From Candidatus Altiarchaeota archaeon (GTDB taxonomy: Archaea; Altiarchaeota; Altiarchaeia; IMC4; SCGC-AAA252-I15), in contig JBDRLL010000003.1 of assembly GCA_043813075.1 (NCBI GenBank), positions 1 through 64,000 of the forward strand: DNA of 64,000 nucleotides, given 5' to 3'. The stretch's first letter is position 1, and each line of letters opens with the position of its first letter. This document shows positions 20,519-29,112 of the stretch, in pieces. The position numbers were made by a program, and so were the translations under genes. Under the pieces are notes generated by a model. The model saw only the letters and a list, made by a program, of their open reading frames with translations, was not told the origin of the DNA and made no database searches.

Positions 20519-21643
20519 TCAAGCACCCTCCAATGCCTTAACGTATGTCTCAAGTATCCTGCCACACACGACGTCGGGGGTGAACAACTCCTCGACACGC
20601 TCCCTGGCTTTCATTGAGAGGAGCGCGTATTTGTCCTCGTCCGATAGGACACGGTATATCGCAGAGGCCAAGTCCGCTGGATCACGGGGCTTCGCGAGGA
20701 CTCCTGCACCGTCAACGACATAAGGCATACCAGAGAAATCCGTTGAGACAACAGGCTTGCCGCACGCCATAGCCTCAACCAGCACAAGACCGAAAGCCTC
20801 CTGACGAGTCACTGAAGGCAGCACCAGGACATCACATGCCGCATAGTATTCAGGAAGCTCATCAACAGGCACTTCACCCGCAAAATGAACTCCCTCAACC
20901 TTACTCTCGGAAACCATCTTCTTAAGCTCTCCTTCTAGAGGCCCTGCACCAACCAATACTAGGTCTAGCTTGTGCTTCACCCTCATTGCCCTGAAGGCTT
21001 CTATAAGGTATTCAATCCCCTTATAGCTGACGAAGCGGCCGACAAACAGGATTGCCTTGCGCTTCAAACCGAGTCTTTCCCTTACGCGAGAACCATCCAC
21101 TCCAGGATTGAATCTCCTAGTGTCAACAAAACTGGGGGCAACCACTACCTTACCAATGAACTTGGACAGGATCCTGGAGGATTCAGCGTAATTCGGGGAG
21201 GTGGCGAATATTGCCTTCGCCCGCGCGAGTATTTGGTTGAGGAAGATAGAGTAGCATATTTTGAATGGCATGTGGTACCACCGGTCCTTCAGTATGTCCG
21301 CGTGATACGTCACCACAAGGCTCTTTCCACGAAGCACGCTGGTTATCAGACAGTATATGCTGTTCAACGGGTCAGGCATGTTGACGTCTATGACGTCGTA
21401 TTCCTCCCGCAGCAGGTCTAATATCACCCCTGGAGTGAATGGCGCGTTGAACGTTGTGAAGAGGGTTCTTGAACGCCTGACTGTCACACCATCCTCGATC
21501 TGGGAGCCTTCTCCAGAGTCGTCTGAAGTCAGGACTAGGACTTCAACCCCGCGGGAACTCATCCACCCAGCAACATCCCTCACCCGCGACTCTAGACCGC
21601 CGACATACGGCGGATAATGCTTTGAAACAATGCATACCTTCAT
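20519..21643 (-). CDS. Glycosyltransferase family 4
   Basis: GGLE, TYHAD, FVGRFVSYKG, EAFGLVLVEAMACGKPVV. Confidence 0.9.
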   Translation of the reverse strand: MKVCIVSKHYPPYVGGLESRVRDVAGWMSSRGVEVLVLTSDDSGEGSQIEDGVTVRRSRTLFTTFNAPFTPGVILDLLREEYDVIDVNMPDPLNSIYCLITSVLRGKSLVVTYHADILKDRWYHMPFKICYSIFLNQILARAKAIFATSPNYAESSRILSKFIGKVVVAPSFVDTRRFNPGVDGSRVRERLGLKRKAILFVGRFVSYKGIEYLIEAFRAMRVKHKLDLVLVGAGPLEGELKKMVSESKVEGVHFAGEVPVDELPEYYAACDVLVLPSVTRQEAFGLVLVEAMACGKPVVSTDFSGMPYVVDGAGVLAKPRDPADLASAIYRVLSDEDKYALLSMKARERVEELFTPDVVCGRILETYVKALEGA

Positions 21644-21645
21644 CG

Positions 21646-22623
21646 TCAATACACGTCCACTATGCTTAGGAACGCTATTATTGCGAACACTATCTCGCAC
21701 GCGATAAGGGTTAATACAAGGCTGCGCTCGGATATGCCCCCAGTCAGGTACATGACAAGCCTGCCGAGGCCGTAGACCTCACTCTGCTTGGGGCATACGA
21801 GCAGGTTCTTTTTCACGTCACACCAGGACTCCGCTTGAAACCTGCTCCTAGCTTTCAGATACAGTTCAGCGAAGAATGGTATTATGAGTATGACGCCGAC
21901 CTTCTCGATGTTGCCTAGAATCACTATGGCAGCTACTGAAGCGCCTATGGATAGCGTCCCTATATCGCCTATCAGTATCCTGGCGGGATACCAGTTGTAT
22001 TTTATGAACGCGAGCAGGGAGCCGAACATTGCGGAAGACAGTATGGCAGCCTCAAAACCCCCGGTCAAGTAGGATATGAGCCCTATCGTCCCTGTCATCA
22101 CCAGGCCGAGGCCGGCCTCCAGGCCGTTGAACCCGGCCAGCATGTTGGTGGCATTGGATGCGCCGGTTATGGCAACGGGCACTAGTATGAGGACGTAGAG
22201 TATGCCGAAGTCGACTGGCCCGATGAATGGGAGCGTCATGGTGGTGACCCCCGCCTTCACTGCGACAAGCGGTAGTGAAGCGAGGACAGGTAGGAGTGCT
22301 TTCGTCCTCTGCCGCATTATGAACAAGTCGTCTATCACGCCTATCAATGCCATGATGAGTATGGTCGACAAGCCTGCGAGTATGTAGGTGAGGTTCAGTC
22401 TCTCGTCAATGAGACTGAATGTTATCAAAGCGATCGCCAGCAGCACGCCGACCACGAAACCGCCGACTATTGGGAGGCCGCCCATCTCCGGGACAGAAGG
22501 CTTCTTGGGCTTGTTCATGTCACGGCCAGTTATCTTGGCTGCCTTCAGCTTAGGTATCATGCGGCCGGTAGCCCAGTAGGTGAAGGCGAATGATGCTGCC
22601 AGCACGCATATAAACGCTATCAT
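21646..22623 (-). CDS. aglH: UDP-GlcNAc:dolichyl-phosphate GlcNAc-1-P transferase (AglH/GPT family)
   Basis: GRDMNK, VPEMGG, GVIDD, NATNMLAGFNGLE, NWYPARILIGDIG. Confidence 0.85.
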   Translation of the reverse strand: MIAFICVLAASFAFTYWATGRMIPKLKAAKITGRDMNKPKKPSVPEMGGLPIVGGFVVGVLLAIALITFSLIDERLNLTYILAGLSTILIMALIGVIDDLFIMRQRTKALLPVLASLPLVAVKAGVTTMTLPFIGPVDFGILYVLILVPVAITGASNATNMLAGFNGLEAGLGLVMTGTIGLISYLTGGFEAAILSSAMFGSLLAFIKYNWYPARILIGDIGTLSIGASVAAIVILGNIEKVGVILIIPFFAELYLKARSRFQAESWCDVKKNLLVCPKQSEVYGLGRLVMYLTGGISERSLVLTLIACEIVFAIIAFLSIVDVY

Positions 22624-22657
22624 GTTGTCACCGTATATGTATTGAGTTGTTTTATAG

Positions 22658-22819
22658 AAAAAGGATGGTTGCTGTGGTCGGGACCCAAGAACCTGATCGT
22701 CAGGCCGCACCGAAACGGATATCATGCCCCCTGTTAGGGACGCAATATTAATTATCCCGCCACAGACCTGTCGAGCATGAGCGAAGGCAGGTCCTTTCGT
22801 GCACCTTTATTAAAGGTGC
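22658..22819 (-). repeat. Palindrome cluster ending in a duplicated tRNA-Gly 3' end; candidate structured RNA or integration remnant
   Basis: 22670-22683 matches 22822-22835 at 13/14; hairpins GCACCTTT-ATT-AAAGGTGC, GACCTG..CAGGTC, CCTGA-TCG-TCAGG, CCG-AAA-CGG and CCCT-GTT-AGGG; T5 tract on the minus strand at 22658-22662. Confidence 0.55.
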
Positions 22820-22821
22820 TT

Positions 22822-22895
22822 TGCGGTGGTCGGGATTCGAACCCGAGTCGCAAGCTTGGCAAGCTCGAGTGATAACCAGGCTACACTACCACCGC
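22822..22895 (-). tRNA. tRNA-Gly(GCC)
   Basis: GCGGTGGTAGTGTAGCCTGGTTATCACTCGAGCTTGCCAAGCTTGCGACTCGGGTTCGAATCCCGACCACCGCA folds as a full cloverleaf; CCA not encoded. Confidence 0.97.
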
Positions 22896-22919
22896 GTTAT
22901 ATGTTTATTTTATAAATCC

Positions 22920-23031
22920 ACCCGATTAATGCGGGTTTCACGAGCCCGAGTGATACGGAGAATAGCGGAGCTATTCGACGCGCCAAAACCCGAATGGGTG
23001 TTGTGCGACCAGGCTACACTACCACCGCGTT
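22920..23031 (-). pseudogene. Truncated tRNA-Gly-like copy with a 52-nt two-hairpin insertion in the D-loop
   Basis: 23008-23031 is identical to 22875-22898 (24 bp); 22943-22955 matches 22862-22874 at 12/13; an anticodon-like arm and the TCGGGT T-stem half follow. Confidence 0.7.
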
Positions 23032-23043
23032 GGGTATTATGTT

Positions 23044-23172
23044 GTTGTGGTGCACTCAGCCCGTGGGGCTGATGTGCGCTGTGCGTGTGCACGCAGCGCA
23101 GACATTGTCTGCGTGCGCAAGCAAGCACGGCTTGCTTTGTGGAGCATTCCGTGCCTACGCTACCACCGCGTT
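23044..23172 (-). repeat. Third copy of the tRNA-Gly 5' end followed by four perfect hairpins
   Basis: 23155-23172 matches 22881-22898 at 17/18; hairpins at 23056-23072, 23082-23095, 23097-23113 and 23119-23137. Confidence 0.7.
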
Positions 23173-23245
23173 TTTGGGAGTATTTATTTTGGCTTTAGTG
23201 TTTATATGTCTTCTAATGGGTTAGGGGGTAGGATACGACCATCAA

Positions 23246-23288
23246 AACAAGAAGATTTTATATATTATAATTTATTCTTTTATTGTAT
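23246..23288. repeat. 20-bp-period AT-rich repeat, locus 2 (degenerate)
   Basis: AACAAGAAGATTTTATATAT / TATAATTTATTCTTTTATTG / TAT, abutting the stop codon at 23289. Confidence 0.4.
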
Positions 23289-24131
23289 CTATTTCTTCTT
23301 TTTGTTGAGTGAGGCTAGCAGCTCGCTGAACCCGAAAAACGATAGCAGGACCAGTGGGAGCGCCGTTGTGCTCGGACCGCAAGCACCAACAGCATCCTCC
23401 TCAGCCCCCTCGATAAACCGGTCTACACTGGTCTTTAGTTCGCCGTTGAAGTAGCATCTCACGGACGGGTCGTCGTCAGAGGCTTCTGTGCAGCATTTAA
23501 GCTCGACATCCTTGTAGCTCTTCTTAGTGAAGTAAAGGCTGCCCCTCGCAGCGCACTGAAGCTTTGAGAAATCCCTCGGACAGACGATTCCCATGTCATT
23601 GGCTGTGCACGGCGTCCTATCCTCGACAGCACACCGATTGTCTTTGCATTGGATGCCTGACGGACACCCGCAATCCTGGCAGCAGGTCTCCTCGGTCTCG
23701 CCCTTGTTCTTCTCACACAATTGGTTGCCGCATTTGCCGACAGAATCACAGTCCTTGGCTGCGATGGCAGCGCACTTGTCAGAGTCGTCAAAACAGGTCT
23801 GGCAGAACGGGTCGGTGCAGTCGTCTGAATCAGCTCCAGGACACCGGAAGTTGGTGCATGCCTTAAGGTTATCAACACATCTCTGCAGGGCAGGGCAGCT
23901 TCCCCAAGACCATTTTAAGGCAGACCCGGGGTAAGCGGTGAAAACACATATCCTGCCCAGGTTAACATGGGTGTCATAGCAGTATTTGTCCATTTTTCCC
24001 GCGGCGTTAAAACTGCATTTCGCACAGGAATCGATAAACGAGTCCCTGGAACAGGATGACATTGCGGAGACATTAGTTACGGCAGACAATAGGGTTATGG
24101 AGAACACCAGGACAACAAGTATTACTTTCAT
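23289..24131 (-). CDS. Secreted Cys-rich protein with a CGP-CTERM-like C-terminal anchor
   Basis: Signal peptide, 29 Cys; ends GACGP, hydrophobic stretch, KKKK. Confidence 0.7.
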   Translation of the reverse strand: MKVILVVLVFSITLLSAVTNVSAMSSCSRDSFIDSCAKCSFNAAGKMDKYCYDTHVNLGRICVFTAYPGSALKWSWGSCPALQRCVDNLKACTNFRCPGADSDDCTDPFCQTCFDDSDKCAAIAAKDCDSVGKCGNQLCEKNKGETEETCCQDCGCPSGIQCKDNRCAVEDRTPCTANDMGIVCPRDFSKLQCAARGSLYFTKKSYKDVELKCCTEASDDDPSVRCYFNGELKTSVDRFIEGAEEDAVGACGPSTTALPLVLLSFFGFSELLASLNKKKK

Positions 24132-24194
24132 GAATATAGAATTAAATAGAGGGTAAAAAAATAAGTTAAGCTATACGGTAGGTACTATCCAAGA

Positions 24195-26837
24195 GTGGAA
24201 AACACGGTAGGAGCTGGTTTTTACGGGAAAAACAGGAGGCTGATAACCCCAGTACTAATACTACTGGTCTCAGGCATCGTCTATTCCCAATACGGCATAC
24301 ACGGCCATCTGGACGATGACGACGCGTTGTTCGTGTACACCGGCCAGCAGCTAGTCAGGGGAGTGCCACCCTATAAGAGTTTCGTCGACAATAAGGGGCC
24401 GGGAACGGTTTTTATCACCGGTTTCGGAGTTTATGCCGCAAGACTCCTTAATGCAGACGACCTGCTTACAGTGAGGGCACTCTACCTCATAATAAGCTGC
24501 CTTGCAGCAGTATCAGTCTACTATTACGGTAAAAAGCTGTTTGACAACGAGAGGACGGGAATCCTGGCGGCAATCATATTCCTGGTGTTCTTCGGCTTCG
24601 GGAAACACGCACTCTCGGGGCCAAGGCCTAAAACCCCCATAGTCCTTTTAACCGTTATCGTGCTCTACCTCATTATTGAGAAAAGATGGTTTCTAGCAGG
24701 TTTCTTCAGCTCAGTTTCAACCATAATATGGCAACCCACTGGAGTATATTTCATCACTGCCTTAACGCTCGCGTACCTGCAGTCTGGACAGGACAGGTGG
24801 AGGAACGCCTTAAAGGCGGCGGCGGGCTTCATCCTCCCGATGCTGGTTATGAGCGCCTACTTCATAGTCAATGACGCGTTCTATGAAATGCTGGACGGCC
24901 TATTGATGTATAACATCCAGTATGCCTCCCGCAGGTTTGAGATAAACCTTCAGAGGGCTAAGTGGTCGCTTGGAATACTGGATAGCTTCCTTCCATACGC
25001 AATCAGGGGATTTCCAGTCATCCTAGTCTTGTATGCCGTTATATTCGTTAAGAATCTGCGTAGGGAGAAAAGCATTTACAGCGTGCTATCGAAGGACGCG
25101 TTCATGGGCCTTTACATGACACTCACTTCCATGACAATTTTCTCATTATTCGATTTTCAGGGATACCCCGACTTCTTCGTCTTCCTGCCGTTTATAGCCG
25201 TGGGTTTAAGCCATATCCTAAACAGCATCTTGGACAGGATTAATAGGGGATTCGGTTTGACTGGCGTGAAAGGGAACGTGTTGTTTTTAATATTATGTGT
25301 TTATCTTGCAGTATATTCTGGCGGGAACTATAAGGACAAGGCAAATTACGGTTTGAATGAGTTGACGGCATATACTGAGGCGCTCAAAAATCAGGTTGGG
25401 GAGGATACAGTCATATATTCGTTCAACAAGGCGCAACCGCTGGTACTGCTGAGGAGGGATAACCCGAACCCGTACCTGTCAATAGCCACCGGAAGGCTTA
25501 AGAGAATCGATGAGGAAGAGCCTGGCGGATTTGACGGTTGGTTGAGGGAGATGGGGGGCCATGAATCGTCGATAATATTCGCTGCAGAATACGCGCTGAA
25601 AAACGCTGAGAAGGAGGATGGGGGTTATGGGATAGACCTCCGGAATTGGCTTGAACTTAACTACAGAAAGAGTAGGGAGAAGTTTTGGGATAGGTATGAC
25701 AAGAGACCGTTGAATACCATGGTATGCGAGGGCTGTAATGTCATACTAATCTCCGCGGACTCGCTGAGTGCCGACAGAATGGACATATACGGTTATGACA
25801 GGAAGACAACCCCAAAAATCAACAGGTTTTTCAGGAGGAGGAGTATCTTCAATGGGATAAGCCCGACACCCTGCGCTGAAGAGGGTTTGTTGAGTATAAA
25901 CGCTGGGAGATTTGACTTGGGGGGTGTTGGACGGACAATAGCCGAGAACCTTCAGGAACAGGGATACTATACTGCCGAGGTAGTAAGCCTGATGGATGAC
26001 GACATGCAGATGATTAATGATGTTGGCCGTGGATTCTCGTATAAGGGGATACAGTGGAACAACAGGCACGACAGCGCAAAGAAAAGTCCGGGCAAGTCAA
26101 GGATGATAACAAGGTCTGCGATGGACTGGTTGGATGAGAACTATGACAGGGGGAAGTTCTTCTTATGGGTGCATTACTCTGACCTTCAGAACACAGAACC
26201 CTCGAGTAGAGGGTATTATGAGATACGTGATGAAAATGGCGATTTGACGGACGAAACAACCGGGAGGGGGCTGTTATACGATAGTGAATTACACTATCTG
26301 GACCAGCGAGTGGGACTATTACTCAGGAGAATATCGGAGCTAGGCCTAACCGAGAATACGGTGGTGATACTGACTTCAAGCAACGGCAAGTCGATGGAGG
26401 ATTACGTCTATCCTGCCGGATGCGGCAGCCTGAAGGAGGATAATGTTAACGTCCCGATACTTGTGAGTGTTGGAGGTAAGAAACTCGGGAAATACGGGAG
26501 GACAACACACCACGTCACAAGCACACTAGACATATACCCCACTTTAATGGGAGTGCTGGACATTGAATACGATGAAGGGGGGGTTGATGGAGTGGACATA
26601 CAGACGACGCCGGCCAACAGGAAAGCCTTCGCGATAATGGAGGACGTAAAGGCACTCAGGTATGCTAGGTGGAAGCTGTACTATGAAAACGATACTCCGA
26701 CAAGATTCTACTACATTTATGGCGACAGGGAGGAGGAGGTTAACATGATTAATGAGACCGATAACATAATCTACGGGTATATGAGGAGGAACATGGATAA
26801 ATTCATTGAAAAAAGATGGAATTCGACAGTATACTAG
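24195..26837 (+). CDS. GT-C membrane glycosyltransferase fused to a sulfatase/alkaline-phosphatase-superfamily domain
   Basis: DDDDALF..G and DNKGPG in the N-terminal multi-TM part; NVILISADSL.ADRM..YGY.R.TTP, FFLWVHY.D and DIYPTL in the C-terminal part. Confidence 0.75.
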   Translation: MENTVGAGFYGKNRRLITPVLILLVSGIVYSQYGIHGHLDDDDALFVYTGQQLVRGVPPYKSFVDNKGPGTVFITGFGVYAARLLNADDLLTVRALYLIISCLAAVSVYYYGKKLFDNERTGILAAIIFLVFFGFGKHALSGPRPKTPIVLLTVIVLYLIIEKRWFLAGFFSSVSTIIWQPTGVYFITALTLAYLQSGQDRWRNALKAAAGFILPMLVMSAYFIVNDAFYEMLDGLLMYNIQYASRRFEINLQRAKWSLGILDSFLPYAIRGFPVILVLYAVIFVKNLRREKSIYSVLSKDAFMGLYMTLTSMTIFSLFDFQGYPDFFVFLPFIAVGLSHILNSILDRINRGFGLTGVKGNVLFLILCVYLAVYSGGNYKDKANYGLNELTAYTEALKNQVGEDTVIYSFNKAQPLVLLRRDNPNPYLSIATGRLKRIDEEEPGGFDGWLREMGGHESSIIFAAEYALKNAEKEDGGYGIDLRNWLELNYRKSREKFWDRYDKRPLNTMVCEGCNVILISADSLSADRMDIYGYDRKTTPKINRFFRRRSIFNGISPTPCAEEGLLSINAGRFDLGGVGRTIAENLQEQGYYTAEVVSLMDDDMQMINDVGRGFSYKGIQWNNRHDSAKKSPGKSRMITRSAMDWLDENYDRGKFFLWVHYSDLQNTEPSSRGYYEIRDENGDLTDETTGRGLLYDSELHYLDQRVGLLLRRISELGLTENTVVILTSSNGKSMEDYVYPAGCGSLKEDNVNVPILVSVGGKKLGKYGRTTHHVTSTLDIYPTLMGVLDIEYDEGGVDGVDIQTTPANRKAFAIMEDVKALRYARWKLYYENDTPTRFYYIYGDREEEVNMINETDNIIYGYMRRNMDKFIEKRWNSTVY

Positions 26838-27946
26838 TAAGGTACGGTGAAATCAGCTTGAAGGGGGGAAACCGGAAATTCTTCGAAAACAAGCTGGCGT
26901 CAAACATAAGATGGGTTATGGACAGGGAGGGCGTTGAATACAAGGACGTTAGGAGGATACAAGGAAGGTTCATGATAGAAACAGGGGATGTGAAGGCTGT
27001 TAAAGCACTTGGAAGAGTCTTCGGCATCGCCTCCTACAGCCCCAGTAAGAAGATTAACACAGATATGAATGATATGAGGATGATGGCGGTGGATGTCGTG
27101 AGGGAGATGAAGCCGGAAACGTTTAGGGTGACTGCCCAACGCCTTGACAAGAGGGTTGAATCCACATCACAGAGGATAAACCAGGAACTGGGTGAAGCGG
27201 TCGTGGAGGGGACAGGGACTAGGGTGGACTTGAAGAACCCTGAACTCGAGGTAGGATTTGACGTCACGAAAGAGCATTCGTATGCATACACTAAGAGGAT
27301 ACATGGTCTTGGAGGGCTTCCTGTCGGGGTCTCGAGCAGGATCCTCTGCCTGCTTTCAGGGGGTATTGACAGCCCTGTTGCAGCTTGGATGATGATGAAG
27401 CGAGGTTGCAGCGTGACACTAGTACACTTTATGCACGGCAACACCATACCCTCTAAGATAAGGAGGATAAGCGAGGTGCTGGGCGGCTACTGCCCTGGCT
27501 TGAAGACCATAATCGTGCCTGCAGGAGAGCTTGAGAGGGAGATAATCAGTAAAGTGCCTGCAAAATACAGGATAGTTGTCATGAGGCGCATGTTCCTGAA
27601 CGCGACGGAAAAAATGATGAGCGCTGAGAAAGCACATGCAATAGTGACTGGAGACAGCGTAGGGCAGGTGGCTTCACAGACAATAGAGAACATTCGGGCC
27701 ATCCAGAAGGACTTTAAAAGCCTTGTACTAAGGCCTCTCGCATGCATGGACAAGCAGGAGGTTGTTGACCTGGCAGTGAAGATTGGGAGCTATGACGCTT
27801 CCATACTGGATTACAATGATTGCTGTAATTTCCTGGTGCCGAAACACCCTGAGACTAGGACAGGGGAGCATGAGGTTGTGGAATGGTGCTCGAAACTTGA
27901 TGAGGGGGTTATGGACTCTATCCTCGAGTCTAAACGGTTTTTATAG
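26816..27946 (+). CDS. thiI: tRNA 4-thiouridine(8) synthase
   Basis: RYGEISLKG.NR, THUMP domain, PP-loop LSGGIDSPVA, GQVASQT, RPL, DCC. Confidence 0.95.
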   Translation: MEFDSILVRYGEISLKGGNRKFFENKLASNIRWVMDREGVEYKDVRRIQGRFMIETGDVKAVKALGRVFGIASYSPSKKINTDMNDMRMMAVDVVREMKPETFRVTAQRLDKRVESTSQRINQELGEAVVEGTGTRVDLKNPELEVGFDVTKEHSYAYTKRIHGLGGLPVGVSSRILCLLSGGIDSPVAAWMMMKRGCSVTLVHFMHGNTIPSKIRRISEVLGGYCPGLKTIIVPAGELEREIISKVPAKYRIVVMRRMFLNATEKMMSAEKAHAIVTGDSVGQVASQTIENIRAIQKDFKSLVLRPLACMDKQEVVDLAVKIGSYDASILDYNDCCNFLVPKHPETRTGEHEVVEWCSKLDEGVMDSILESKRFL

Positions 27947-27985
27947 TACTTTTCCCGTATCATTAGTACTTTTAATGGAGTTAAT

Positions 27986-28894
27986 GTGAAAACGTTTTGG
28001 AAGGTTCTGGTAACATTCGGGGTGCTTGCTTTTTTTGTTGTAGTAATAGCGTCCATCGTGATAATGTTAACCCAGATAGGCTCAATGCCCGTAATAGGGA
28101 GGGGTTCTGTCGCAGTCATACCGCTCAGGGGCATGATTACCATGAGCGGGTGTCCGGGAGGCCTGTTCTACGTGGAGGAATGCTCTCAGGTTAGCGTGAT
28201 AAAACAGTATTTGAATGACGCGTCAAAAGACAGTTCAATCAAGGCAGTCGTCCTATACGTGGACTCTGGAGGGGGTAACGTAGTCGCCTCACGAGAGCTC
28301 ATGCGGGCTGTAAAAGAATTCGACAAGCCTGTTGTAACATGGATTGGGGAGGTCGGTGCGTCGGGAGCATACTACGTCGCGTCCGCAAGCGACTACGTAG
28401 TCGCTGACGAAGACTCCATGACTGGAAGCATCGGAGTCATAATGTTCGTACAACACTACTATGAACTTATGGATGAGATAGGGGTTAACGTGACTGTGAT
28501 AAAGTCGGGTAAAAGCAAGGACCTTGGAAGCCCATTCAGGCCGATGGACGAGGATGAGAAGGAGAGGATGCAGGCCATGATTGACGAGGTCTACTCGGAC
28601 TTTGTGGCAGACGTCGCGGAAAACCGTAACCTGAGTGTTGATGAGGTTAGAGGCTTCGCGGATGGTAGCATATACCTTGGCAGCGAGGCTAAGAAGCTTG
28701 GCCTAGTGGACGAGAACGGTGGTTTTGACGATGCGGTGGATATCGCTGGCAGATTAGGGGGTATTGAGGGCAAGCCGGATGTCAAGAACATTAAGAAGAC
28801 TATAGGCTGGAAGGACGTATTGATGGGTGGTGAATCACCAGACCTGGTGGATTCCCTGATGTACCGGCGTATTTTTAAGTACGAATTGCGATAG
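27986..28894 (+). CDS. sppA: Signal peptide peptidase (S49)
   Basis: DSGGG, GASGAYY, TGSIGV; N-terminal TM segment. Confidence 0.92.
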   Translation: MKTFWKVLVTFGVLAFFVVVIASIVIMLTQIGSMPVIGRGSVAVIPLRGMITMSGCPGGLFYVEECSQVSVIKQYLNDASKDSSIKAVVLYVDSGGGNVVASRELMRAVKEFDKPVVTWIGEVGASGAYYVASASDYVVADEDSMTGSIGVIMFVQHYYELMDEIGVNVTVIKSGKSKDLGSPFRPMDEDEKERMQAMIDEVYSDFVADVAENRNLSVDEVRGFADGSIYLGSEAKKLGLVDENGGFDDAVDIAGRLGGIEGKPDVKNIKKTIGWKDVLMGGESPDLVDSLMYRRIFKYELR

Positions 28895-28908
28895 GATAAG
28901 ACACAAAA

Positions 28909-29112
28909 ATGGGTAGGATAAAACAGACTTATCTGAAGAGGATTGCGGGGAAGCTTTTGAAGGACCGTGGGGAGATCTTCAATACAGAGTTCGAACACAA
29001 TAAGAAGGCGGTTCAGGAGAACACTGACATAACAAGCAAGTCCATCAGAAACAAGATAGCGGGATACGTAACGCGTGTCGTGAAGAATAGGGCGAAGGAA
29101 GAGTCATCCTAG
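28909..29112 (+). CDS. rps17e: 30S ribosomal protein S17e
   Basis: MGRIKQTYLKR...FEHNKK...SKSIRNKIAGYVT. Confidence 0.97.
   Translation: MGRIKQTYLKRIAGKLLKDRGEIFNTEFEHNKKAVQENTDITSKSIRNKIAGYVTRVVKNRAKEESS

Noticed and set aside
22680-22745. TPP riboswitch (ACCC..GAACCTGATC) or hammerhead ribozyme (CTGACGA on the minus strand)
   Set aside because: The TPP CUGAGA element and P4/P5 spacing are missing and the orientation does not fit a downstream gene; the hammerhead GAAA core is absent
22658-22800. 5S rRNA, SRP RNA or RNase P RNA
   Set aside because: None of their conserved motifs (CCGAAC loop, helix-8 CAGG/GNRA/AGCA, GAGGAAAGUCC) is present
22920-23028. Functional intron-containing tRNA-His(GTG)
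   Set aside because: Position 33 is C, there is a C-A mismatch at the base of the loop, no T-loop or 3' acceptor strand, and no BHB at the insertion
22875-23172. CRISPR array (24-bp direct repeats, with a cas4 gene 6 kb away)
   Set aside because: The repeat is the tRNA-Gly 5' end, spacers exceed 100 bp and are palindromic, there are only three copies, and there is no cas1/cas2
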